Shown here: one piece after another, positions 37,235 through 45,194 of the stretch
Position numbering within the stretch: the stretch's first letter is position 1
Layout of the letters: each line of letters begins with the position of its first letter
Virus record (IMG/VR): IMGVR_UViG_3300028392_000069
Span: 1 to 60,247 of that record
Strand: one strand, 5' to 3'
Length of the DNA stretch: 60,247 nucleotides
Source: a virus
Lineage: Duplodnaviria > Caudoviricetes
Position numbers and translations under genes: made by a program
Notes under the pieces: generated by a model
Databases searched by the model: none
The model's input: the letters and a program-made list of their open reading frames with translations, nothing else
What the model was told of the DNA's origin: nothing

Positions 37235-37435
37235 ATGCGTAAAGTAAGATTTATGGAACTAATGAAGGAGCCCTTCAAGAAACCCACACCCCTTGAGATG
37301 ATTGCTGCTGAGTTATCAGACGCACACCTTGAGAAACTAAACGCTGAGACTGCTGTGGAATACGCACAGTCAATCGTGGACTACAACACTACCCGCATTG
37401 AGCGGCTCAACACACGACTGGAGGAATACAAATGA
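37235..37435 (+). CDS. Small coiled-coil protein (66 aa)
   Basis: RBS AAGGAG; tiles with neighbours. Confidence 0.8.
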   Translation: MRKVRFMELMKEPFKKPTPLEMIAAELSDAHLEKLNAETAVEYAQSIVDYNTTRIERLNTRLEEYK

Positions 37436-37662
37436 AAGATCAACCGATATCTATGGAATTACTTGCCGCCAAGCAGTACACAGACTGGATGGTAAAGACT
37501 GGAGGCTACGCCAAGGACATGACCCTGCGTGACCACTTTGCTGGGCTGGCTTTACCATTGATGCTCCAAGCAAACGTAGGTAGATGGGCCGGTAATCATT
37601 CTTTATATGCGGAGCAGGCCTATGAGTTCGCAGACGCAATGCTCAAGGAGCGTGCTAAATGA
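37432..37662 (+). CDS. Small phage protein with MTLRDHFA...ADAML motif
   Basis: Motif common in small phage early proteins; RBS GGAGG. Confidence 0.8.
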   Translation: MKDQPISMELLAAKQYTDWMVKTGGYAKDMTLRDHFAGLALPLMLQANVGRWAGNHSLYAEQAYEFADAMLKERAK

Positions 37663-37838
37663 CATTACAAGAACACGTTAAAGCACTACCGGAAGAAGAG
37701 CGGATTAAATTCTTTCGCGCAATTATGGCTGTGGTTGATGCAGGCCGCGCAGCGGGCGTTCCTGCTAAGGAGTGGGCAAAAACATACGCTGACGTGTACA
37801 GGGGAGTAAATGATTTAATCGAGGGGGGTTCCAAATGA
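37659..37838 (+). CDS. Small hypothetical protein (59 aa; below ORF track cutoff)
   Basis: RBS AAGGAG; MTLQEHVKALPEEERIKFFRAIM...EGGSK; ATGA overlaps at both ends. Confidence 0.75.
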   Translation: MTLQEHVKALPEEERIKFFRAIMAVVDAGRAAGVPAKEWAKTYADVYRGVNDLIEGGSK

Positions 37839-38053
37839 ACTGCTGTAATTCTCATGGTGAATGCACACAAGGGCGTGACTGCCCTATACGCAAGCAACGC
37901 GCCAAGGAAACCGATGATGCGTATATGAGTGGTGGCTGGGACAGGGTTGCTGACCCCTATGATGACATTACCTCGACTTTCAAAGCACTGATTGCAGTGA
38001 TAGCAGTGACCGCAGCTTTGACGCTGCTGGCTTTTTTGATTTGGGGGAAATGA
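37835..38053 (+). CDS. Small Cys-rich protein with C-terminal TM helix
   Basis: CC...CTQGRDCP followed by a hydrophobic C-terminus. Confidence 0.75.
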   Translation: MNCCNSHGECTQGRDCPIRKQRAKETDDAYMSGGWDRVADPYDDITSTFKALIAVIAVTAALTLLAFLIWGK

Positions 38054-38262
38054 TGGCCGGATTTCCAAGCAAGAAGGCAGCGGCGCAAGCCAAGCTGGAT
38101 GAAGATGACGACATCCAAGTCTATAAGCGCCCGTGGGTAAGCCTGACAGACGATCAGATAAAAGAAATCGTTGGGCCGTGGGGCGACACACCCATTAAGG
38201 GTTACACCCGCAAACTTATTGACCAAATTGAAGCCAAACTCAAGGAGAAGAACAATGTATGA
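38050..38262 (+). CDS. Small protein with WVSLTD...IEAKLKEKN module
   Basis: ATGA overlap at 38050; C-terminal module shared with neighbours. Confidence 0.75.
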   Translation: MMAGFPSKKAAAQAKLDEDDDIQVYKRPWVSLTDDQIKEIVGPWGDTPIKGYTRKLIDQIEAKLKEKNNV

Positions 38263-38479
38263 CGACAAACTGCATGAGCAAGCATCTACGTACGCCAGCA
38301 ATCGTAAAGATGCCTATCTTGAAAAGATGAAGAAAGGTGACGTTGAAAAGAAAACCCAAGACGAATTGAATTGGATTTGGGTAGCGCACTACGAAGGCTA
38401 CAAGGAAGGCTACTGGACGGCAAAAGGTGATGACCATTACACGACAGACCCTGCCAAACTCAAGGAGAAGAACACATGA
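38255..38479 (+). CDS. Small hypothetical protein ending AKLKEKNT (start ATG 38255)
   Basis: RBS AAGGAG lies inside the 22-bp junction repeat. Confidence 0.75.
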   Translation: MYDDKLHEQASTYASNRKDAYLEKMKKGDVEKKTQDELNWIWVAHYEGYKEGYWTAKGDDHYTTDPAKLKEKNT

Positions 38480-38688
38480 CTATTGCATGGTACGACCCCA
38501 CTAACCACCACGTTAGCACGGACAAGAACGACCCCCTGTTTACACCGCTTGGTCAGTTGTGGCCTTTGGTTGTGCAGCGTGAGTGGGTAAGCCTGACGGA
38601 TGGGGATGAGATTGATTGGGATGGTGGCGATTTAAAGTCACTTATTGCCTCAGTTGAAGCCAAGTTGCGAGAAAAGAACAGTGCGTAA
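38476..38688 (+). CDS. Small protein with WVSLTD...VEAKLREKN module
   Basis: RBS lies inside the junction repeat. Confidence 0.75.
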   Translation: MTIAWYDPTNHHVSTDKNDPLFTPLGQLWPLVVQREWVSLTDGDEIDWDGGDLKSLIASVEAKLREKNSA

Positions 38689-38929
38689 GTCATACCACCA
38701 CGCTGTAAGGATGGCGCTACAAAAGTATCATGATGGCCTGACCGTATCGGAATTAGCCGAGCGACTGGAGAAACCCCCCGAACCCGTTCGACGGGCGCTA
38801 ATAGCAATGTCCGATGCGTACATAGACAGATGGATTTCCGGTAGGGAACATAGAAAACAATGGGCCGCTGTATGGTGCGTAATAGTGCCGCCACAGAACT
38901 GCCCTAAACCAAAGGAAAAACCTATATGA
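38681..38929 (+). CDS. Putative HTH DNA-binding protein (start probably GTG 38681)
   Basis: GLTVSELAERLEKPPEPVRRAL helix-turn-helix pattern. Confidence 0.65.
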   Translation: MRKSYHHAVRMALQKYHDGLTVSELAERLEKPPEPVRRALIAMSDAYIDRWISGREHRKQWAAVWCVIVPPQNCPKPKEKPI

Positions 38930-39126
38930 CCGAACACGAAACCAACCTACGAGACTTAGCAGCAATGTTTGCTATGGCAGGACTATTAGTACGTAACTTC
39001 ACTGAACATGGAGAAGCTATTGTCCCCACTGCATTTAACTTAGCTAACGAATTTATGCAAGCCCGTAATCCTATTAAGGAAGAAGGCATAGCTGCGATTA
39101 AACCTAAGCGTACAAAAGGAGAGTAA
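38926..39126 (+). CDS. Small hypothetical protein (LRDLAAMFAM motif)
   Basis: RBS AAGGA; tiles with neighbours. Confidence 0.75.
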   Translation: MTEHETNLRDLAAMFAMAGLLVRNFTEHGEAIVPTAFNLANEFMQARNPIKEEGIAAIKPKRTKGE

Positions 39127-39128
39127 AC

Positions 39129-39329
39129 ATGACTACGGGGATTGAATTTTTAAAACCTGAGAAAAAACGGACAGGGCGGGGACTCGGCAAGAAACCCGCG
39201 CTGTTCAGTACGAGCTTGCGACTATCGAAAGAGGTGATGGATTATTTCAACACCAATTTTCCACGGTCAAAGCAAGCCAAAATTAGAGAAATTCTTGCCG
39301 ATTACGTTAAAAAACAAACTTTGGAGTGA
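39129..39329 (+). CDS. BrnA-like ribbon-helix-helix DNA-binding protein
   Basis: GRG..KKP...TSLRLSKEVMDYF...QAKIREIL pattern. Confidence 0.6.
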   Translation: MTTGIEFLKPEKKRTGRGLGKKPALFSTSLRLSKEVMDYFNTNFPRSKQAKIREILADYVKKQTLE

Positions 39330-39667
39330 ACATGAAAAAGCCAACTGAAACAAAAGTGCAACCAGTAAAGCGGGCGCGTGGCCGACCACGTAAAAGTCCT
39401 TTGCCGGTAGTTCAAAAATACAGCGCAAGCCAACTAAAAACTGCTTTTCTACCGGATATGGTGAACCATCCACCGCACTACAAAGTAGGCGGCATTGAGA
39501 CCATTGACTTTATTAGGGCTAAGCTAACGCCCGATGAATTCCGTGGATATCTAAAAGGCAACGTGCTCAAATACTTGACTCGCGCAGGGCACAAGGGCAA
39601 TGCAAACGAGGACATTGACAAGATGGTGTGGTATGCCAACCGACTAAAAGAAACACAACACACCTAA
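39326..39667 (+). CDS. DUF3310 (SaV-like) protein with N-terminal AT-hook
   Basis: DMVNHPPHY..GGIETIDFI...GNVLKY..R...K...EDIDK..WY; KRARGRPRK AT-hook. Confidence 0.85.
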   Translation: MNMKKPTETKVQPVKRARGRPRKSPLPVVQKYSASQLKTAFLPDMVNHPPHYKVGGIETIDFIRAKLTPDEFRGYLKGNVLKYLTRAGHKGNANEDIDKMVWYANRLKETQHT

Positions 39668-39686
39668 CATTGTTAGGGTAAACACC

Positions 39687-39709
39687 AACCCGCTTCGGCG
39701 GGTTTTTTT
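39687..39709 (+). terminator. Intrinsic terminator ending the early arm
   Basis: AACCCGC-TTCG-GCGGGTT followed by a T run. Confidence 0.9.
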
Positions 39710-39720
39710 ACGTCTGTGTG

Positions 39721-39748
39721 TTGACAAAGTACAAGCATGTGATAAAGT
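39721..39748 (+). promoter_or_regulatory. Putative promoter for the replication arm
   Basis: TTGACA-N16-TAAAGT with TGTGA before the -10. Confidence 0.55.
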
Positions 39749-39774
39749 AGGGGGGTAAACAACTGGAGAATTCG

Positions 39775-40113
39775 ATGACACCACGTATGGAAAACGCTCT
39801 AATCCTAGCTGACAAGTGCTGGGGGAAAGCCAGCATAGCCAACCCCGAATTTGTTGAGCGTTATTTAGAGTTAGCTGAGCAATTGTTAGCATCCAAGTCC
39901 GTAGTCCTTGGCGATGAGTTCCGAGAGTACTGCGCCGACAACCGACTATTTAGACCCCCCACATTGCACCCTAACGTATGGGTATCGGGCGTTCGAACCC
40001 TTAAAACACTTGGGTGGATAGAGCACAAGGGGTACACAACCCCAACTAAGTCGCACAACCACATGCCCTCAGTATCACTATGGAAGAGCATGTTGTATGG
40101 CGCAGACACCTGA
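39775..40113 (+). CDS. Hypothetical protein (112 aa)
   Basis: RBS GGAG; HPNVW...SH......WKS motifs. Confidence 0.8.
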   Translation: MTPRMENALILADKCWGKASIANPEFVERYLELAEQLLASKSVVLGDEFREYCADNRLFRPPTLHPNVWVSGVRTLKTLGWIEHKGYTTPTKSHNHMPSVSLWKSMLYGADT

Positions 40114-40396
40114 AGCTAAAGTCAAGGCCAAGATTAAGGCTATCCTCAAAGAGCAGGGTATCTACTACGCCATGCCAATCGGCACAGGCTACGGTAATAG
40201 CGGTGTGCCTGACTTCCTCTGCTGCGTCAATGGCTATTTTCTAGCTATAGAAGCCAAGGCTGGCAAGGGTAAAGCTACCGCGCTACAAATAAAAAATATC
40301 AACGCAATTCACGATTGCGGTGGACAGGCATGGATTGTCAATGAAGATGACTTAGACAGCCTTGTTGAACACATTAAATTTTTAGAGGAGAAGTAA
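40097..40396 (+). CDS. VRR-NUC domain nuclease
   Basis: PEAKVK...GVPDFL...FLAIEAK...TALQ PD-(D/E)XK pattern. Confidence 0.88.
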   Translation: MAQTPEAKVKAKIKAILKEQGIYYAMPIGTGYGNSGVPDFLCCVNGYFLAIEAKAGKGKATALQIKNINAIHDCGGQAWIVNEDDLDSLVEHIKFLEEK

Positions 40397-42214
40397 ATGA
40401 ACATCCTCACCATAGACTTTGAAACGTACTACTCACCCGAGTACGGACTAAAGAAGCTCACTACTGAGGAATACATACGCGACCCTCAGTTTGAGGTTAT
40501 TGGTGTATCAGTGCAGGTCAACGCTGGGGAGCCGGTATGGTTCAGCGGCAGTATGGTTGAAACCGCCGAATACCTTGCGCAGTTTGACTGGGGCAATTCT
40601 CTGGCCTTAGCACACAATGCGCCATTTGACGGAGCGATTCTTAGCTGGCATTTTGGGATAAAACCAAAGGGCTGGCTGGACACGCTTAGCATGGGGCGTG
40701 CGTTACATGGTACGGAGGTAGGTGGTAGCTTAGCGGTACTTGCGTCTTACTATGCATTAGGCGTTAAGGGGGACGAGGTTGTTAACGCTTTGGGCCTTAC
40801 ACGCGAGGACTTCCCCGCCGACCAGCTTGCACGATACGGTGAATACTGCAAAAACGATGTGGCCCTGACATGGGCGCTGTTCAACGCAATGGGGGATTTC
40901 CCGCCGACTGAGTTGCGACTCATTGACTTGACGGTGCGTATGTTCACCGAGCCTACCCTTGCTTTAGATTTAGCAATTTTGAATGAGAATTTAGAACGGA
41001 TAAGGTTTATAAAAGCACAGGCGCTAAGTGGGTACAAAAAAGAAGAATTGATGAGTAACCCCAAGTTCGCCGATTTGCTACGGGCGTTTAATGTACTCCC
41101 CCCAATGAAAGTTAGCCCCGCCACAGGCAGGCAGACGTATGCGTTTTCTAAGACCGACGAGGAGTTCAAAGCCCTACTTGACTACCCAATACATCAGGTG
41201 CAAGCATTGGTAGCTGCGCGATTAGGAACCAAGTCAACCATCGAAGAGACACGAACCGAGCGGTTTATTGGGATTGCCAGCCGAGGACTTATGCCAGTTC
41301 CCCTACGCTACTATGCAGCGCACACAGGGCGTTGGGGCGGTGATGACAAATTGAACCTCCAAAACCTACCACGCAATTCCCAACTCAAACAAGCCATCAT
41401 TGCGCCAGTTGGTTACGTAATCATCGACTCAGACTCTTCTCAGATTGAAGCCCGTACGTTAGCATGGCTAGCAGGGCAGGATGATTTGGTTCAAGCGTTT
41501 GAGGATGGTGAGGACGTATACAAAATAATGGCCTCGGCTATCTACGGCAAGCCCGAGAGCGAAATTACTAAAGATGAGCGGTTTGTAGGTAAGACAACCA
41601 TTCTTGGTGCAGGGTACGGCATGGGGGCGGCTAAGTTCCAAATGCAGCTTAAAAACTTTGGTGTTGAGGTTGGGTTAGATGAAGCCAAGCGCATCATTGA
41701 TACCTACCGTCAGACTTACCCAAAGATTACAGAGCTATGGAAAACCGCAGGGCAAGCACTGGAGAGCATTTTGCGTGGCAACGCAATGGATTTTGGTAGG
41801 GGCGGCATCCTAAAAGTAGATGGTAGGGATGGTACTTTGCTGCCTAATGGTCTGTACCTCAAGTACCCCAACTTACGTAAGCGCACCGACCCTGATACTG
41901 GTAAATCCGAATTGGTTTACGACACTAAAAAGGGTAAAACCACTATACCTAACCGCATATATGGTGGTAAAGTGATTGAGAACATGTGCCAAGCCCTTGC
42001 TCGTATTGTGATCGGTGAGCAGATGCTTATGATTGCCAAGAAGTACAAAGTGGTGATGACGGTACATGATGCTATTGCTTGTGTAGTGCCTGAAAATGAA
42101 ACAGAAACTGCTAAAGAGTACATCGAACTATGTATGCGCGTACGCCCCAAGTGGGCGCTTGAACTACCTTTGAACTGTGAGGCTGGATATGGAAAAAGCT
42201 ATGGGGACTGCTAG
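40397..42214 (+). CDS. polA: DNA polymerase, family A (3'-5' exonuclease + polymerase)
   Basis: IDFETY ExoI, AHNA.FD ExoII, YCKND ExoIII; HTGRW, NLQNLP, DSSQIEAR (motif A), RFVGKTTILGAGYG (motif B), TVHD (motif C). Confidence 0.95.
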   Translation: MNILTIDFETYYSPEYGLKKLTTEEYIRDPQFEVIGVSVQVNAGEPVWFSGSMVETAEYLAQFDWGNSLALAHNAPFDGAILSWHFGIKPKGWLDTLSMGRALHGTEVGGSLAVLASYYALGVKGDEVVNALGLTREDFPADQLARYGEYCKNDVALTWALFNAMGDFPPTELRLIDLTVRMFTEPTLALDLAILNENLERIRFIKAQALSGYKKEELMSNPKFADLLRAFNVLPPMKVSPATGRQTYAFSKTDEEFKALLDYPIHQVQALVAARLGTKSTIEETRTERFIGIASRGLMPVPLRYYAAHTGRWGGDDKLNLQNLPRNSQLKQAIIAPVGYVIIDSDSSQIEARTLAWLAGQDDLVQAFEDGEDVYKIMASAIYGKPESEITKDERFVGKTTILGAGYGMGAAKFQMQLKNFGVEVGLDEAKRIIDTYRQTYPKITELWKTAGQALESILRGNAMDFGRGGILKVDGRDGTLLPNGLYLKYPNLRKRTDPDTGKSELVYDTKKGKTTIPNRIYGGKVIENMCQALARIVIGEQMLMIAKKYKVVMTVHDAIACVVPENETETAKEYIELCMRVRPKWALELPLNCEAGYGKSYGDC

Positions 42215-42872
42215 TGTCGTATGGTCATTCAGTAGCTTAAAGACATTTCAACAATGCCCTCGGAAGTACTATCACACCAAGATAGCTAGGGATGTGGTTG
42301 AGCCTGACACAAAAGATACGTTGTACGGCAAAACGGCACATACTGTTGCCGAAGAATACATACGTGATGGAACCCCGATCCCCCCTGCGTTTGACTACAT
42401 GAAACCAACGCTGGACATATTAAAAGCGATACCGGGGGAGAAGTTATGCGAAGTAAAGCTTGGGTTGACAGAGAACTTAGAAAGCTGCGATTTCGATGCA
42501 CCGAATGTATGGTGGCATGGAATAGCCGACTTGGTGATTATCAATCAGGGGAAGAAGATAGCTCACTCGGTGGACTACAAGACAAGCAAGAGTGCGAGAT
42601 ATGCGGACGTGAAGCAACTCGATCTTGTAGCTTGTGGCCTGTTCGCCAAATTCCCCCAACTGGAGAAGATTAAATCGGCGCTAGTGTTTACAGTTTCTAA
42701 AGAATTTGTAAAGGCTATTCACCACAAAGAGATGTTTGTTAAGTACATGGAAACACCAGCTAAGGATGTTGCAAGGATTGAGACCGCGAAAGAAAATGGT
42801 GTGTGGAACCCTAAGAGCGGCCCGCTGTGTAAGTTCTGTGCAGTTAAAGATTGTGAATACAACAGGAGCTAA
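42177..42872 (+). CDS. PD-(D/E)XK Cas4/RecB-like exonuclease
   Basis: WSFSSL..F..CP, G...H, E..L, GIADL...VDYKT, QL, and C-terminal CKFC...C. True start may be a downstream ATG. Confidence 0.88.
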   Translation: MRLDMEKAMGTASVVWSFSSLKTFQQCPRKYYHTKIARDVVEPDTKDTLYGKTAHTVAEEYIRDGTPIPPAFDYMKPTLDILKAIPGEKLCEVKLGLTENLESCDFDAPNVWWHGIADLVIINQGKKIAHSVDYKTSKSARYADVKQLDLVACGLFAKFPQLEKIKSALVFTVSKEFVKAIHHKEMFVKYMETPAKDVARIETAKENGVWNPKSGPLCKFCAVKDCEYNRS

Positions 42873-43153
42873 TGATGCCCTACGTCAATAAACCAAGACC
42901 ATACAAAAAAGAATACCAGCAGCAAGTAGAGCGAGGCGAATTGCCAAAGCGCATGGAGCGCCAACGTGCTCGAAACGAAATGGATGCTAAGGGTATTGAC
43001 CGTACAGGTAAAGACATAGACCATGCCATACCGCTATCCAAAGGTGGTACTAATGCGCCAAGCAACTTGAAGCTAAAAGCACCGAGTGCCAACCGTTCCT
43101 TTAGCCGCAACTCAGACCACACAGTCAAGGTCAACAAACCAAAGAAAAAATGA
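42872..43153 (+). CDS. HNH endonuclease-like protein
   Basis: DIDHAIPLSKGGTN..SNL......NRS. Confidence 0.8.
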   Translation: MMPYVNKPRPYKKEYQQQVERGELPKRMERQRARNEMDAKGIDRTGKDIDHAIPLSKGGTNAPSNLKLKAPSANRSFSRNSDHTVKVNKPKKK

Positions 43154-44535
43154 ACCTATCAGAATACGAATGGCCTAGGCCACACGGTTTTACACCGTTC
43201 GATCATCAGAAGTCCACTTCAGAATTTTTAATAAACAACCGTAAAGCCTTTTGCTTCAACGAGCAGGGCACAGGTAAAACGGCATCAGTGATTTGGGCGG
43301 TTGACTACTTGATGCAAGTAAGGGTAATTAAGCGCGTATTGATTGTCTGCCCCTTGTCGGTTATGAAGGCGGCATGGCAAGAGGACTTGTTTAAGTTTGC
43401 TATACACCGCAGAGTAGCTGTAGCGCATGGTGATCGTGAGAAACGCAAGCGCATTTTGCAGAGCAATGCTGAGTTTGTCATAGTCAACTTTGATGGTGTG
43501 CAGATCATCAAGAAAGAAATCTTAGACGGTGGATTTGACCTAATCGTCGTAGACGAGGCATCAGCCTACAAGAACGCGCAGACTGACAGATGGAAAACCA
43601 TGCGCGACCTGAGCCGTAGCATCAAAGGGTTATGGATGCTGACAGGTACTCCAGCAGCGCAGTCCCCCGTAGATGCGTATGGGCTAGCTAAATTGGTGAA
43701 CCCCAAAGGAGTGCCTTTGTTTTTCGGGCAGTTCAGGGATTCGGTCATGTACAAGATCAGTGACTACCGCTGGATACCCAAAGACTCTGCTAAGACTACA
43801 GTACACACTGTGCTGCAACCAGCCATCAGGTTTGAGAAGTCCCAGTGTTTGGACTTGCCCGATGTAACTTTTGTAGAGCGCGAAGCCCCCCTCACCCCAC
43901 AGCAAGTTAAGTACTACAACGTATTAAAGAAGCAGATGCTTTTTGAGGCAGCAGGGGAAGAAATCTCTGCGGTCAACTCAGCAGTAAAAATCAACAAGCT
44001 GCTTCAGATATCTGGCGGCGCAGTGTACTCGGATAACAAAGAAGTAATAGAGTTTGACGTGTCCAACCGATTGCAAGTGGTCAAAGAGATCATTGATGAG
44101 TCGAGCCACAAGGTGCTGGTGTTTGTTCCCTTCACGCACACCATTGAACTTCTAAACAAGTACCTAGCTAAGCACCATATCACATGCGACACAATCAATG
44201 GGGCAGTGTCGGCAAACCGCCGAGCCGAGATCGTTAAAGAGTTTCAGAACAACCCTGACCCCAAAGTGCTAATCATCCAGCCGCAAGCTGCATCCCACGG
44301 GTTAACCCTAACTGCGGCTAACACTGTTATTTGGTACGCTCCCACCTCCAGCGTAGAGACCTACCTCCAAGCCAATGCGCGTATTGATAGGCCGGGGCAG
44401 CGCAACCCTATGACCGTAGTACACATAACGGGTAGTCCAGTAGAGGCCCGCTTATACAGTTTACTGCGTGGAAACATCACAAATCATAACAAAATAATTG
44501 ATCTGTACCAACAAGAAATCATGGGAGCCCCTTGA
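43150..44535 (+). CDS. SNF2-family helicase
   Basis: QGTGKT, CPLS, VVDEA, LTGTP, KLLQI, HGLTL, QANARIDRPGQ. Confidence 0.92.
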   Translation: MNLSEYEWPRPHGFTPFDHQKSTSEFLINNRKAFCFNEQGTGKTASVIWAVDYLMQVRVIKRVLIVCPLSVMKAAWQEDLFKFAIHRRVAVAHGDREKRKRILQSNAEFVIVNFDGVQIIKKEILDGGFDLIVVDEASAYKNAQTDRWKTMRDLSRSIKGLWMLTGTPAAQSPVDAYGLAKLVNPKGVPLFFGQFRDSVMYKISDYRWIPKDSAKTTVHTVLQPAIRFEKSQCLDLPDVTFVEREAPLTPQQVKYYNVLKKQMLFEAAGEEISAVNSAVKINKLLQISGGAVYSDNKEVIEFDVSNRLQVVKEIIDESSHKVLVFVPFTHTIELLNKYLAKHHITCDTINGAVSANRRAEIVKEFQNNPDPKVLIIQPQAASHGLTLTAANTVIWYAPTSSVETYLQANARIDRPGQRNPMTVVHITGSPVEARLYSLLRGNITNHNKIIDLYQQEIMGAP

Positions 44536-44559
44536 CAATGTTCAATCCTGTGATACATT
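44532..44559 (+). promoter_or_regulatory. Putative promoter
   Basis: TTGACA-N16-TACATT with TGTGA before the -10; same layout as 39721. Confidence 0.6.
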
Positions 44560-44605
44560 AGATGCGTGGGGAGTCACCCACACCTTAACCAATTAGGAGA
44601 ATTAG

Positions 44606-45025
44606 ATGGAAGAAGTTCTAGAAGCACCGAGAGTGTCAGTTGACAAGTTAGCTGCGCTCTACATACGCATACGCGACAAACGCGCTGAAGACAAACGAGC
44701 ATTTGAGGCCACGGATTCTGACTTGGAAGAGCAGATGAAAGTGCTGGCTACAGAGATGCTTGATGTATGCAAAAGCATGAACGCCGACAGCATCCGCACA
44801 GAACATGGCACGATCATTCGTTCAGTTAAGTCACGGTATTGGACTAATGATTGGGATTCAATGTACAACTTCATCGAGGAGCACAGTGCATTTGGCCTAT
44901 TGGAGAAACGACTTCATCAAACAAACATGAAGGACTTTCTTGTTGAGAATCCCGATGTTTACCCAAAAGGCATGAACGTCGAAAGCGAATACACCGTGGT
45001 AGTTAGACGAGCAAAGGAAAAATGA
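44606..45025 (+). CDS. Replication-module hypothetical protein (coiled coil + beta)
   Basis: RBS AGGAG; YIRIRD...SIRTEHGT...DWDS..FI....LLEKR. Confidence 0.8.
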   Translation: MEEVLEAPRVSVDKLAALYIRIRDKRAEDKRAFEATDSDLEEQMKVLATEMLDVCKSMNADSIRTEHGTIIRSVKSRYWTNDWDSMYNFIEEHSAFGLLEKRLHQTNMKDFLVENPDVYPKGMNVESEYTVVVRRAKEK

Positions 45026-45026
45026 A

Positions 45027-45194
45027 ATGGCAGATTCAGAATTGAAAGTACGTGCGTTGCAATTTATTTTGCAGATATCGGAGAACGTACTGTTATCCGA
45101 CCAAGAAATGGAACCGTTGGCTATGGATAACTTAGACAACATATTGACTGGCGCACAGCAGATTTATGATTTTTTAAAAGGTGAAACTAAATGA
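45027..45194 (+). CDS. Small hypothetical protein (55 aa; below ORF track cutoff)
   Basis: MADSELKVRALQF...AQQIYDFLKGETK; RBS AAGGA; ATGA overlap with the next gene. Confidence 0.7.
   Translation: MADSELKVRALQFILQISENVLLSDQEMEPLAMDNLDNILTGAQQIYDFLKGETK

Larger units (their letters stand above)
28316..39677. repeat. Dispersed 15-bp palindrome CCTAACAWTGTTAGG, 14 copies
   Basis: Copies start at 28316, 28904, 29248, 29371, 29991, 31258, 31941, 32657, 33387, 33791, 34779, 36271, 37206 and 39663; all contain the exact core TAACAWTGTTA. Confidence 0.95.

Noticed and set aside
28316-39677. Palindromic repeats as a CRISPR array (with the Cas4-like gene at 42177..42872)
   Set aside because: The repeats are 15 bp, irregularly spaced up to 2.5 kb apart and lie inside genes. 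No cas1/cas2 is present, and the Cas4-like nuclease sits in a normal replication module.
42872-43153. HNH gene as part of a self-splicing intron
   Set aside because: The flanking exonuclease and helicase genes are each complete and overlap the HNH ends; no intron context is visible.
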